This document shows positions 55,347 through 62,710 of a stretch of 64,000 nucleotides of DNA, piece after piece (position 1 is the first letter of the stretch; each line of letters starts with the position of its first letter). The DNA comes from Candidatus Falkowbacteria bacterium RIFOXYA2_FULL_47_19 (GTDB taxonomy: Bacteria > Patescibacteriota > Patescibacteriia > Patescibacteriales > UBA12075). Both the position numbers and the translations under genes were made by a program. Under the pieces are notes generated by a model. That model was not told where the DNA came from and did not search any database. It saw only the letters and a list, made by a program, of their open reading frames with translations. The stretch spans positions 84,306-148,305 of the forward strand of contig MFGB01000005.1 of the NCBI GenBank assembly GCA_001780275.1, given 5' to 3'.

Positions 55347-55601
55347 ATGGCAGAAGAACAAAAACAACGTCCTTTTCATGAAACAGTCATAGAAGCGTTC
55401 GATTGGTGCTCGGGTCCGCTTGACCACACGTTTCTGCTTCTCGCGCATTTGATTAAAAACACAGAAATAACAGCTAACCATGACAAGATCATTGCGAGAA
55501 TCGACGCTTTCTTTGACTTCCCGGGAGGACACGAAGAATGGGCGCCAACCATAGAAGAGCTTAAAAAAAGCATTCTTGAGCAAAAACAAAAACGATCCTA
55601 A
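55347..55601 (+). CDS. Hypothetical protein
   Basis: 84 aa with an AAGGAGAGGG RBS, followed by hairpin terminators at ~55611-55645 and 55656-55697. Confidence 0.55.
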   Translation: MAEEQKQRPFHETVIEAFDWCSGPLDHTFLLLAHLIKNTEITANHDKIIARIDAFFDFPGGHEEWAPTIEELKKSILEQKQKRS

Positions 55602-55714
55602 ACATAATTTTAGGGCGCGTATCTATTACGACGCCTTTTTTTAATTCATAGTTTTAAAAAAACCTCTTCGTTTTTGCAAACTCAGAGGTTTTTTATTTAG
55701 AGATTAGTATTCAC

Positions 55715-55969
55715 TTAAAAGGTAGCTACTATATCCTTTTGATTATGTTCGGTATTATCATCGCCGCTCCAAACGAATTGGTTTATTACAACCTTGTTGG
55801 CGGCCACACTCTTTATTTCCGGCGGCTCCAAATCATCTCCATAATCCCAATAAGTAATGGAATAAATATTATTATAGTTATCTGCGTCTTCGTTGATTTT
55901 CCAAACCAGAACCTTAAATCTTAACTGGTTATCCCTGGTCCCGGAAACAAATTTAAAAGCGGGTTGATG
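55715..55969 (-). pseudogene. Start-less 84-codon ORF (possible gene remnant)
   Basis: My translation: HQPAFKFVSGTRDNQLRFKVLVWKINEDADNYNNIYSITYWDYGDDLEPPEIKSVAANKVVINQFVWSGDDNTEHNQKDIVATF. It looks protein-like, but there is no ATG, GTG or TTG in the first ~47 codons. Confidence 0.3.
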
Positions 55970-55992
55970 TTATCGCACCGCTTAGGATTGTG

Positions 55993-56238
55993 TCAGACCT
56001 CGTTTAAGTCTATGTCGTATGACCGATAGAGATCGTAGGTGGGGCCCAATGCGGTTCGAGGATAGGCTTGCTCCAATACCTCTGTGAGCTGGCCCCTGAG
56101 TATTTCCGCCGATTCAGCCTCCTTCACCACCTCGCCGCTTGCGAGAATGCGTTGATCTCCGTCCCGAACCCCGTCTTCATGCTCTCCGCGACCATTAACA
56201 AACTCTGTCACTTTCCACTTAACGTTAAATTTCGGCAT
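55993..56238 (-). CDS. Hypothetical acidic protein
   Basis: Start moved to MPKFNVKWKV behind AAGGAGG. The leader has a GATAC-TTCG-GTATC hairpin. It is more GC-rich than its surroundings. Confidence 0.55.
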   Translation of the reverse strand: MPKFNVKWKVTEFVNGRGEHEDGVRDGDQRILASGEVVKEAESAEILRGQLTEVLEQAYPRTALGPTYDLYRSYDIDLNEV

Positions 56239-56321
56239 ACAGACCTCCTTCTTTTTTCTATTCACATTTGAAAAGTACCCGTAAAACGATACCGAAGTAT
56301 CATGACACCCTATCATCTTTT

Positions 56322-56428
56322 TTATAATAAGTCAAGCGTTCTCGCTCTCCCAAAACAAATAAAATAATACGCCGCTTTTTGCGGCGTATTATTTTATTTG
56401 CTCGGAACTTGGGACGAAGTTGGAACTT
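56322..56428. repeat. Module copy A
   Basis: TAATAAGTCAAGCGTTC-TCGCTCTCCCAAAAC, then the 19-bp-stem hairpin AAATAAAATAATACGCCGC-TTTTT-GCGGCGTATTATTTTATTT (56357-56399). GCTCGGAACTTGGGACGAAGTTGGAACTT follows. Confidence 0.85.
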
Positions 56429-56445
56429 TTTTGGCTAATGGTGGT

Positions 56446-57171
56446 TTATATTTTATTATTTAGTTGAGCTTCGTATAAATTAATAAGATTTTTTTTATGC
56501 TCGTCAGACATTCTGTCATATCTTACTGATGATTTAATAACTTCCGCGACTGTTTTTACCGAGCCTGTTTCTAAAACCTTTTTGACACCTAAAGTGCAAA
56601 ATGATTTTACGTCAGTGTCATCCCCCCAAAGACAGGAGTAGCCCGTAAATAATTTCTGATGATAAACGCCCATATAAAATATATCCTCAACTACGCACAG
56701 CGGCGTGGAAATCAACACGATCGAATCTTTTTCTATATGATGCTTGGGAACAGTAAGTTTTTTATCAGCATGGCCTACTATATATTCACCGTAATCAACC
56801 GTATTTGACGCTCTTTGATAAACACATGTTTTATTTTTATTTATATCTTGCCCCGCTTTTTGATAAAAATCCGGAAGCATGATATCAATTTGACAAGGTA
56901 TGTTCCCCCAAACGAAATGCAACGCCAAACTCTGTACGGTCCCACTCAGATAAACATCAGCGGATCTTTCCGCTAAGTATTCATTCTTCGGATCTAATTT
57001 CTTACATACCTTTTTCCAGTTTTCCAAATTATCTACCGTACCCACAAGATCAATATCCGAGCTTTTCCTGAACTGACCTCCGTAAGCCAACGATCCCACC
57101 AAAAAAACCGAGTTAAATAACGGTTTAAACGATAGCCTAAACTCTTCAAGAGCTTTTTGCCAATTTTTCAT
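56446..57171 (-). CDS. Pol-beta-fold nucleotidyltransferase (minimal NTase, KNTase-sized)
   Basis: GSLAYGGQFRKSSDIDLVG (GS..DxD) and a downstream CQIDIML third acidic site. Start set at MKNWQKALEEF, and TAAtATG couples it to the rSAM gene. The track's 60-aa extension would overlap the rSAM CDS. Confidence 0.75.
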   Translation of the reverse strand: MKNWQKALEEFRLSFKPLFNSVFLVGSLAYGGQFRKSSDIDLVGTVDNLENWKKVCKKLDPKNEYLAERSADVYLSGTVQSLALHFVWGNIPCQIDIMLPDFYQKAGQDINKNKTCVYQRASNTVDYGEYIVGHADKKLTVPKHHIEKDSIVLISTPLCVVEDIFYMGVYHQKLFTGYSCLWGDDTDVKSFCTLGVKKVLETGSVKTVAEVIKSSVRYDRMSDEHKKNLINLYEAQLNNKI

Positions 57172-57172
57172 A

Positions 57173-58249
57173 TTACATGAACTTGCTTTTCCAACCCTCC
57201 CATTCTTCCACTGAAGTAACCGGTTTATCAAGGGGGCAAAGCGGATTCTTATGGTTGAAGTCTCCGTATCTATTGAAAGTGGCGGCAAAACAATCCGACA
57301 CCTTGCAATATTTGAGAAAAATACACTCACTGCATTCATCCGCCCCTTCAAATTTCCTGATATTCTTTAATGTATCCGATTTTTCCCAAATTTCGTTGAC
57401 ATCATCCTTGTTTATGTGACCCAGGCTAGTATGCACGCCAAAGCATTCGCGGATTTTTCCTTCGGCGGTTACTCCTAAATAAGTTTTTCCGCAGGTACAA
57501 TGCGGTATGCTCGATGCTGCGGGCATTTCTTTTCCGAATAAAAATTCATAACAACCGGGGAGGCATTTAATACGCATTTTATCTTTATATTTTTCTTTAA
57601 GTGCCAGTACTCTGGGTATTATTTTTTTGAAATCATCATTCGTTAAAGCGTAACTATCATCAATCTCTTTGATATTCGTGGGACTGAATGCCCTGAAGTC
57701 AAGTTCTTCGACTTCGAGTTCGTACATTTTGTTAATAATATTTTCCACATCGTTTAAGTTGGGTTTCATGATCGTAACCCTAACCTTTCTCCTGAAACCA
57801 AATTTTTTCAGATTCTTTATGGCCCTGATTATCAAATCGAAACTTTTTGTATCTGGGTTAGGCAGAAAACCGTCATTGATCTCCGCAGTTGAACCATAGA
57901 TGCTGATCCTGATCCAATCCACGCCTATTGCCTTGAGTTCTTTAATTTTATCTTCATCCAATAATACGCCGTTGGTAAACAGGCCTATTTCTTTTACGTC
58001 TTTTTTCTTGCATAGTTTTATCGCATCATTCAGGTGGGGCCAGACCAAGGGTTCTCCTCCGGTCAGAATTACCAGTCTTAATTTATTCTTTGCCGTCACT
58101 TCTTCAATGGTTTTTTTAAAATCTTCCCAGGCGATACTGGCCTTTTTTTCCATTTGTTGTTGGCAGAACCGGCAGTTAAGATTACAATTATAGGTAACTG
58201 ATATTTTTAAATAATCGAGTTTATTGCATGTTTGATATTCTTTGTTCAT
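57173..58249 (-). CDS. Radical SAM enzyme with C-terminal SPASM domain
   Basis: CNLNCRFC (CxxxCxxC) at aa 22-29. The C-terminal Cys pattern is CGKTYLGVTAEGKIREC ... CSECIFLKYCKVSDC ... PLCP. Confidence 0.85.
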   Translation of the reverse strand: MNKEYQTCNKLDYLKISVTYNCNLNCRFCQQQMEKKASIAWEDFKKTIEEVTAKNKLRLVILTGGEPLVWPHLNDAIKLCKKKDVKEIGLFTNGVLLDEDKIKELKAIGVDWIRISIYGSTAEINDGFLPNPDTKSFDLIIRAIKNLKKFGFRRKVRVTIMKPNLNDVENIINKMYELEVEELDFRAFSPTNIKEIDDSYALTNDDFKKIIPRVLALKEKYKDKMRIKCLPGCYEFLFGKEMPAASSIPHCTCGKTYLGVTAEGKIRECFGVHTSLGHINKDDVNEIWEKSDTLKNIRKFEGADECSECIFLKYCKVSDCFAATFNRYGDFNHKNPLCPLDKPVTSVEEWEGWKSKFM

Positions 58250-59174
58250 ACTTTTTATTTAAACTTTGAATATTATTGAATGCCGAAGTGTAGCTTTCGA
58301 CCGTCACCTCTTTTTCTTTGGCTATATCCAGAATTTGCCTGAACAATTTTAAATCGCCATCATAAACGGCGATTGCCTGAGGATGAAAACATCCGCCGAT
58401 ATAGATGGTTTTATTTCGTTTTTTTGATTCATCCATCGCTTTGTCCATCAACTCCGTATAATGCCCGACAATATATTTATCAACTTTCTTTTTATCCCAT
58501 TTTTGAAATTGCGGCACCCCCGGAATGTCCAGACCGGAAAAAGCCATATCCTGCCAGCCATGAGACGGCATCTCTATAAGTCCGTTAGAATATTTTCTTG
58601 GCTGGCGTATTTCATGACCGTCGAATAAGTCAGTTTTGATTTGCCAGTCTTTATTCCTCAGATCCGAGCTAACGTAGTGCATGCCGGCATTTTTGACGCT
58701 TTCTGTCAGTTCTTCGGAATTATTCAACCCCAGGGCATACCCCCTTGGCGCTCTTAATCCGATCGGCTCTTTGTGTAATATTTCGGATATAATTTCATTT
58801 GCCTTTTTTATGTCTTCAAATACCTGTCCGGGTGTCAGGGTGGGTTTATTCATTCCAACGGGTACGTGCCTGAACTGCCGATGAGAATAAGCGTGAGACT
58901 GTACATCAATCAAAGGATTATCTATGTTGAATATTTTTATTAATTCTTTATTATATAGTTTTGCGGCTTTTTCGACAAATTTTCCCAAGAGGAAGAATGT
59001 TCTGGATACCTTATATGAATCAAAAAGTGAATTCAAGCTTTTGACGATCGTTATTGTTTGATAAATTGCTGGTTTGATATCTTCTTCTTGGTGTGGTTGG
59101 TCAAACGGCGCTTCAGTATCGAATCCTAATAATAAACTCACCTTACGGAATGGTTTAACAATATTTGTTTTCAT
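58221..59174 (-). CDS. CE4 (NodB-type) polysaccharide deacetylase family protein
   Basis: Motifs GFDTEA, QSHAYSH and LRAPRGY. Start set at MKTNIV, because the track's GTG start at 59210 lies inside the -10 box. Confidence 0.8.
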   Translation of the reverse strand: MKTNIVKPFRKVSLLLGFDTEAPFDQPHQEEDIKPAIYQTITIVKSLNSLFDSYKVSRTFFLLGKFVEKAAKLYNKELIKIFNIDNPLIDVQSHAYSHRQFRHVPVGMNKPTLTPGQVFEDIKKANEIISEILHKEPIGLRAPRGYALGLNNSEELTESVKNAGMHYVSSDLRNKDWQIKTDLFDGHEIRQPRKYSNGLIEMPSHGWQDMAFSGLDIPGVPQFQKWDKKKVDKYIVGHYTELMDKAMDESKKRNKTIYIGGCFHPQAIAVYDGDLKLFRQILDIAKEKEVTVESYTSAFNNIQSLNKKYEQRISNMQ

Positions 59175-59200
59175 ATAATTATACTTCTTCTCGTTAAGTA

Positions 59201-59229
59201 AATTTAACACAAAAATATTTAATAGTCAA
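59201..59229 (-). promoter_or_regulatory. Promoter of the CE4-rSAM-NTase operon
   Basis: On the minus strand: TTGACT (59229-59224), 17 nt, TAAATT (59206-59201). Confidence 0.55.
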
Positions 59230-59328
59230 AAAATTTATCTTGCTGCCGTCCGTTCGAATCCCTCCCGCTCCCCCAAAAACAAATAAAATAATACGCCGCT
59301 TTTGCGGCGTATTATTTTATTTGCTCGG
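59216..59328. repeat. Module copy B (most complete)
   Basis: TAATAGTCAA..., then the tRNA-like 3' fragment TTCGAATCCCTCCCGCTCCCCCA (59253-59275). The hairpin AAATAAAATAATACGCCGC-TTTT-GCGGCGTATTATTTTATTT follows (59281-59322). GCTCGG then merges into tRNA-Gln. Confidence 0.85.
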
Positions 59329-59394
59329 GGACAGGGATTCGAACCCCGATACTCAGGACCAGAACCTGATGTCCTACCATTAGACGATCCCCGA
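59324..59394 (-). tRNA. tRNA-Gln (anticodon CUG)
   Basis: Hand-folded: acceptor TCGGGGA/TCCCCGA (U1-A72), anticodon stem TCAGG/CCTGA, loop TTCTGGT, T arm CGGGG-TTCGAAT-CCCTG, discriminator G. No encoded CCA. Confidence 0.85.
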
Positions 59395-59408
59395 ATTTTA
59401 TAATAATG

Positions 59409-59437
59409 AGTATACTCTAACTATTTATTTTTTGCAA
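59409..59437 (-). promoter_or_regulatory. Candidate tRNA-Gln promoter
   Basis: On the minus strand: TTGCAA (59437-59432), 17 nt, TATACT (59414-59409), about 15 nt before the mature 5' end. Confidence 0.5.
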
Positions 59438-60232
59438 GATATCCGGCAAGGCTTTTTTCGCGGCCTCTTCCCCGGCCCTGATGAACTTTCCCACATCCGC
59501 GAATTTAAAGCTGTCTATCGTTTTCCGGAGAACCGGCTGGATAAGGATCTTATCGCCGGAAAAACCGGCCGCGTTATGCCTGAAAGCCTGCGCCCGCATA
59601 AGCTCGTAAGCGTGCAGGAGGACGGAAACCAGGCTCGGATCTTCTTTTACGGTTTCTTTCTTAGCCATAAAATCAACTACGATGGCGATATCACAGCCGG
59701 CCTCGCCAGCGACGGTAACCGGCGTCGGGTTGGCCACGCCGCCGTCCATATAGAATCTTCCGCCTATGTTAACCGGCGGAAAGATCCCGGGTACGCTGAT
59801 CGAAGCCATGATCGGCCGCAAAAGATCGTTCTTGCTAAAGACCTTCTCTTCGCCGGTCAAAAAGTCGGTGGCTACGATGAACATGCGGGTGCGCAAGTCG
59901 CCGAATTTCCGGCCCTTGACCAGATTCTTCCGCAAAAAATTCCCTATCTTCCGGCCGCGCAAAATAGTTTTCCCCGGCCGGCCGAAGTCGATGAATGTCC
60001 GGAATATCTTCATCTTATTATCGTAAGAAAGCACCATTTCCTCAAGCTCATCGACGTTGCCGTGTATCGCGTAATAAGCCCCTATGATAGAACCGATGCT
60101 GCAGCCGACGACGCAATCTACGCGCACGTTATTTTCCAATAAAACCTTAAGGACGCCGATGTGCGCGATCCCCCTTGCTCCTCCTCCCCCCAAAACCAAA
60201 CCAATCTTTTTTTTGCTTATAGCGTTAGGCAT
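59417..60232 (-). CDS. Patatin-like phospholipase
   Basis: GGGGARGIAHIGV (oxyanion), GCSIGS (GxSxG) and MDGG (Asp of the dyad). Confidence 0.88.
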   Translation of the reverse strand: MPNAISKKKIGLVLGGGGARGIAHIGVLKVLLENNVRVDCVVGCSIGSIIGAYYAIHGNVDELEEMVLSYDNKMKIFRTFIDFGRPGKTILRGRKIGNFLRKNLVKGRKFGDLRTRMFIVATDFLTGEEKVFSKNDLLRPIMASISVPGIFPPVNIGGRFYMDGGVANPTPVTVAGEAGCDIAIVVDFMAKKETVKEDPSLVSVLLHAYELMRAQAFRHNAAGFSGDKILIQPVLRKTIDSFKFADVGKFIRAGEEAAKKALPDILQKINS

Positions 60233-60244
60233 GAAGAACGCGAA

Positions 60245-61894
60245 TTAGTTTATTACCCTTCCCCCGAAAGTCTTAAGCAGGTTCTCGATCATGTTGTTGG
60301 ACGGTTCCTTCGCGCCGTCATTGGATACCGATGCGCCGCCGTCCGCCGTTTCCGACGTTTCCGTCTTGGCCGCGGTTATTTCCGGGACAATATTACCTTC
60401 CCCTCCCACCTCGATCGTTTCATCGACGATAGCGCCCAGTATCAAAGGGCTGCCGTAAACCTCAAAAAGCACTTTTTCCACCATTTGTCTGATATTGACC
60501 TCCCCTATCCTGTCCTTGTGGAATTTATATTTAAAGGCCAGACAGAGCTCCCGGCCGTCGAATCCGATCGGCTTGCAGACCCGCAGTATAAAAGACAGGG
60601 AATGGTTGTATTTTTTTACCTTGGCCAGAACTTCGTTCCATTTAGCCGCGATTATTTCCTTGTTTAGCTTCCCCGGACCGGCTTCCGGCGCTGCGGGAGT
60701 TTTCTGATCTAACGCCGGTCCCGCCGGGTTGTCCGTACCGGCCGGTTCGGCCGGTTTCCGCCCCGAAGAAAGGGGCGGCCGAGCGCTCCGTTCGGGCGAA
60801 CACAATTCGAGGATCGCGATCTCCAGGGGCAGCTGTTCGATAAAACTGCCCTTAAGTTCGTTCCTAACGGCCATGAATTTTTCCGTAAAAGCGATTATCC
60901 GGCCGAGTTCCAGCCCGGAAATGATCCCGGCAATTTGCGCCTCGACCGTCTCGCCGCATTCCAGACCGATCTTTTCGGCTAAGGCCGGACTGGTTTTCAT
61001 GAGCATCATCTTCCTGAGGATCTCGACCAGGTCGGTTAAAAGCCTTTTAAGCTCTATGCCCTCGTCGACCGCCCGGTTTACGAGCTCGATCGCCCGGCCG
61101 GCGTCTTTTTGGGATAAAAATCCGATAAGCTTCACGACTTCGGAAAGGTCGCTTCTGGGTATCACAAGATCCGCTTCTTCGGCGGTGATCTCGCTTCCGC
61201 CGACGGCTACCACCTGCCCGAAAAGGCTTACCGCGTCGCGCATATAACCTTCCGAATGCCGGGCGATCGCTTCGAGTATGGCCCGATCGATCTTGATCTT
61301 TTCCTCTTTGGCGATAAATTGCAGCCTGGCCGTAATATCGCTAAGCGGAAAACGGCGGAAATCGAACCGCTGGCAGCGGGAAATTATGGTAGCCGGTATT
61401 TTATGCGCTTCGGTGGTGCACAGGATAAAAACGACGTTCGCCGGCGGTTCTTCCAATACCTTAAGGAGCGCGTTAAAAGCCGGGGTGGAGAGCATGTGCG
61501 CTTCGTCGATGATAAAAACCTTATACCGATAGCGCGTCGGCGCGATCCGCGATACCGCGATAACATTTTCGCGCACGTTATCCACGCCCGTGTGGCTGGC
61601 GGCATCGATCTCGATGATGTCAAGGCTGCGTCCGGCCGTGATCTCGCGGCAGGAATCGCATTCGCCGCAAGGATCGTGTTCGCCATCTTTGCGCCTGAGG
61701 CAGTTCAAGGATTTGGCCAGTACCCGCGCCACCGTCGTTTTACCGACCCCGCGCGGACCGCAAAATATATAGGCATGAGCGATCTTATTCGATTCTATCT
61801 CATGTTCGAGGGTAATCTTCACGTGGTTTTGTCCTACGAGGTCGCTGAAGGACTGCGGACGGTATTTTCTGTATAAAGTAGACATATTCAACAA
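60245..61894 (-). CDS. dnaX: DNA polymerase III subunit gamma/tau
   Basis: YRKYRPQSF, GPRGVGKTT, a zinc module CGECDSC, DEAHML and SRCQRF. Confidence 0.95.
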   Translation of the reverse strand: MLNMSTLYRKYRPQSFSDLVGQNHVKITLEHEIESNKIAHAYIFCGPRGVGKTTVARVLAKSLNCLRRKDGEHDPCGECDSCREITAGRSLDIIEIDAASHTGVDNVRENVIAVSRIAPTRYRYKVFIIDEAHMLSTPAFNALLKVLEEPPANVVFILCTTEAHKIPATIISRCQRFDFRRFPLSDITARLQFIAKEEKIKIDRAILEAIARHSEGYMRDAVSLFGQVVAVGGSEITAEEADLVIPRSDLSEVVKLIGFLSQKDAGRAIELVNRAVDEGIELKRLLTDLVEILRKMMLMKTSPALAEKIGLECGETVEAQIAGIISGLELGRIIAFTEKFMAVRNELKGSFIEQLPLEIAILELCSPERSARPPLSSGRKPAEPAGTDNPAGPALDQKTPAAPEAGPGKLNKEIIAAKWNEVLAKVKKYNHSLSFILRVCKPIGFDGRELCLAFKYKFHKDRIGEVNIRQMVEKVLFEVYGSPLILGAIVDETIEVGGEGNIVPEITAAKTETSETADGGASVSNDGAKEPSNNMIENLLKTFGGRVIN

Positions 61895-61942
61895 AATTTA
61901 AAATCCCATTTAAGATTTACGAATTAATAAAACCGCTCCTAA

Positions 61943-62626
61943 TTAAAATTTACTGCGAACGATATTATCGACGGCGGCCCATTGGCTCTGGCCCGCCTTC
62001 GGAACCAGGATAACCACTTCATCGCCGGACTTTCCTTTATAATAAGTAACGCTGGCGGTCAGCACGCGCCATTTTTTACCTTCCGATATTACGATAAAAG
62101 AACCGGTATCGTTTTGCTCGAGTTTGCCGATCACGCGGGAACGTTCGATCGGGCCGATCTGCTTATAAACAAAAGTGCCGGATGGCGTGATCGTAAGCTT
62201 CAGGATATCCCCTTCCACTAACTTGGATTTCGAGGCGTAGTTCGCCGGTACGCTGTACTGCTTGCCGTCAGGACCGATCATGTTCTCGCCGTCAAAAACC
62301 CCTTCGATAACGCGGCCCGCTTCCGCTTCCGCCTGGTCGGAGACGAAGCTATCGTCGCTCATCTGGCCGATGCTCAGGCGCGCTTCATCTTCCTCGCCGA
62401 TCGTTCCGGCCAAAAGCTGGATAAGCTGATCGTTGTTCTCCCTGATATTCTCGAGAAGTTTTTTTGCCAAAGCTATCTTCGTCCTGCTCATAAGGACGCC
62501 GTCTTCTTTCTTTCCCTGGCCGGTTTTTTTCTCCGGTTCTTCCTCTTTGCCCTCCATCGACAGTTCCAGGTCATCGATCATATCGCCGCTGTTTTGTTCT
62601 TTGTTTTTTAAGTTTGTTTTAGACAT
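61943..62626 (-). CDS. Hypothetical protein (acidic N-half, beta-rich C-half)
   Basis: 227-aa ORF. I recognise no motif. Confidence 0.6.
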   Translation of the reverse strand: MSKTNLKNKEQNSGDMIDDLELSMEGKEEEPEKKTGQGKKEDGVLMSRTKIALAKKLLENIRENNDQLIQLLAGTIGEEDEARLSIGQMSDDSFVSDQAEAEAGRVIEGVFDGENMIGPDGKQYSVPANYASKSKLVEGDILKLTITPSGTFVYKQIGPIERSRVIGKLEQNDTGSFIVISEGKKWRVLTASVTYYKGKSGDEVVILVPKAGQSQWAAVDNIVRSKF

Positions 62627-62710
62627 ATTTTTGTATTAAATTATTTAATCCACCTTAACGCTCTATACTACATACTATATTATTTTCTTTTTTTTGTAAA
62701 ACGAACGGGA

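Noticed and set aside
57172-57351. A 60-aa N-terminal extension of the NTase ORF that overlaps the rSAM gene. The GTG start of the CE4 gene at 59210 was considered in the same way.
   Set aside because: The extension has no family-like sequence and would overlap the rSAM SPASM region by 179 nt. The internal ATG gives a classical TAAtATG coupling. The GTG at 59210 lies inside the predicted -10 box.
57173-58249. The radical SAM enzyme as a prokaryotic viperin (pVip).
   Set aside because: It carries a C-terminal SPASM-type auxiliary cluster domain and lacks the viperin-like C-terminal extension. The neighbouring genes are not nucleotide kinases.
59252-59275. A T-loop, acceptor and CCA sequence (TTCGAATCCCTCCCGCTCCCCCA), suggesting a third tRNA gene.
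   Set aside because: The upstream sequence cannot form the T-stem 5' strand, an anticodon arm or a D arm. Only the last ~24 nt are tRNA-like. It is treated as a tRNA fragment, i.e. an att-type remnant.
54583-59328. Repeat-delimited gene units, suggesting an integron cassette array with attC sites.
   Set aside because: No IntI-type integrase or attI is nearby. The repeats lack the R''/R' core sites (RYYYAAC/GTTRRRY) and the extrahelical bases of attC. They have a perfect stem and carry promoters, whereas integron cassettes are mostly promoterless.
56446-60232. A nucleotidyltransferase and a patatin-like phospholipase within 3 kb, suggesting a CBASS-like system (CD-NTase plus CapV).
   Set aside because: The two genes are separated by the rSAM and CE4 genes, a repeat module, a terminator and a tRNA gene, and they belong to different transcription units. 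The NTase is small and looks like a generic minimal NTase/KNTase-type protein rather than a cGAS/DncV-like enzyme. The patatin gene has core-genome-like composition.
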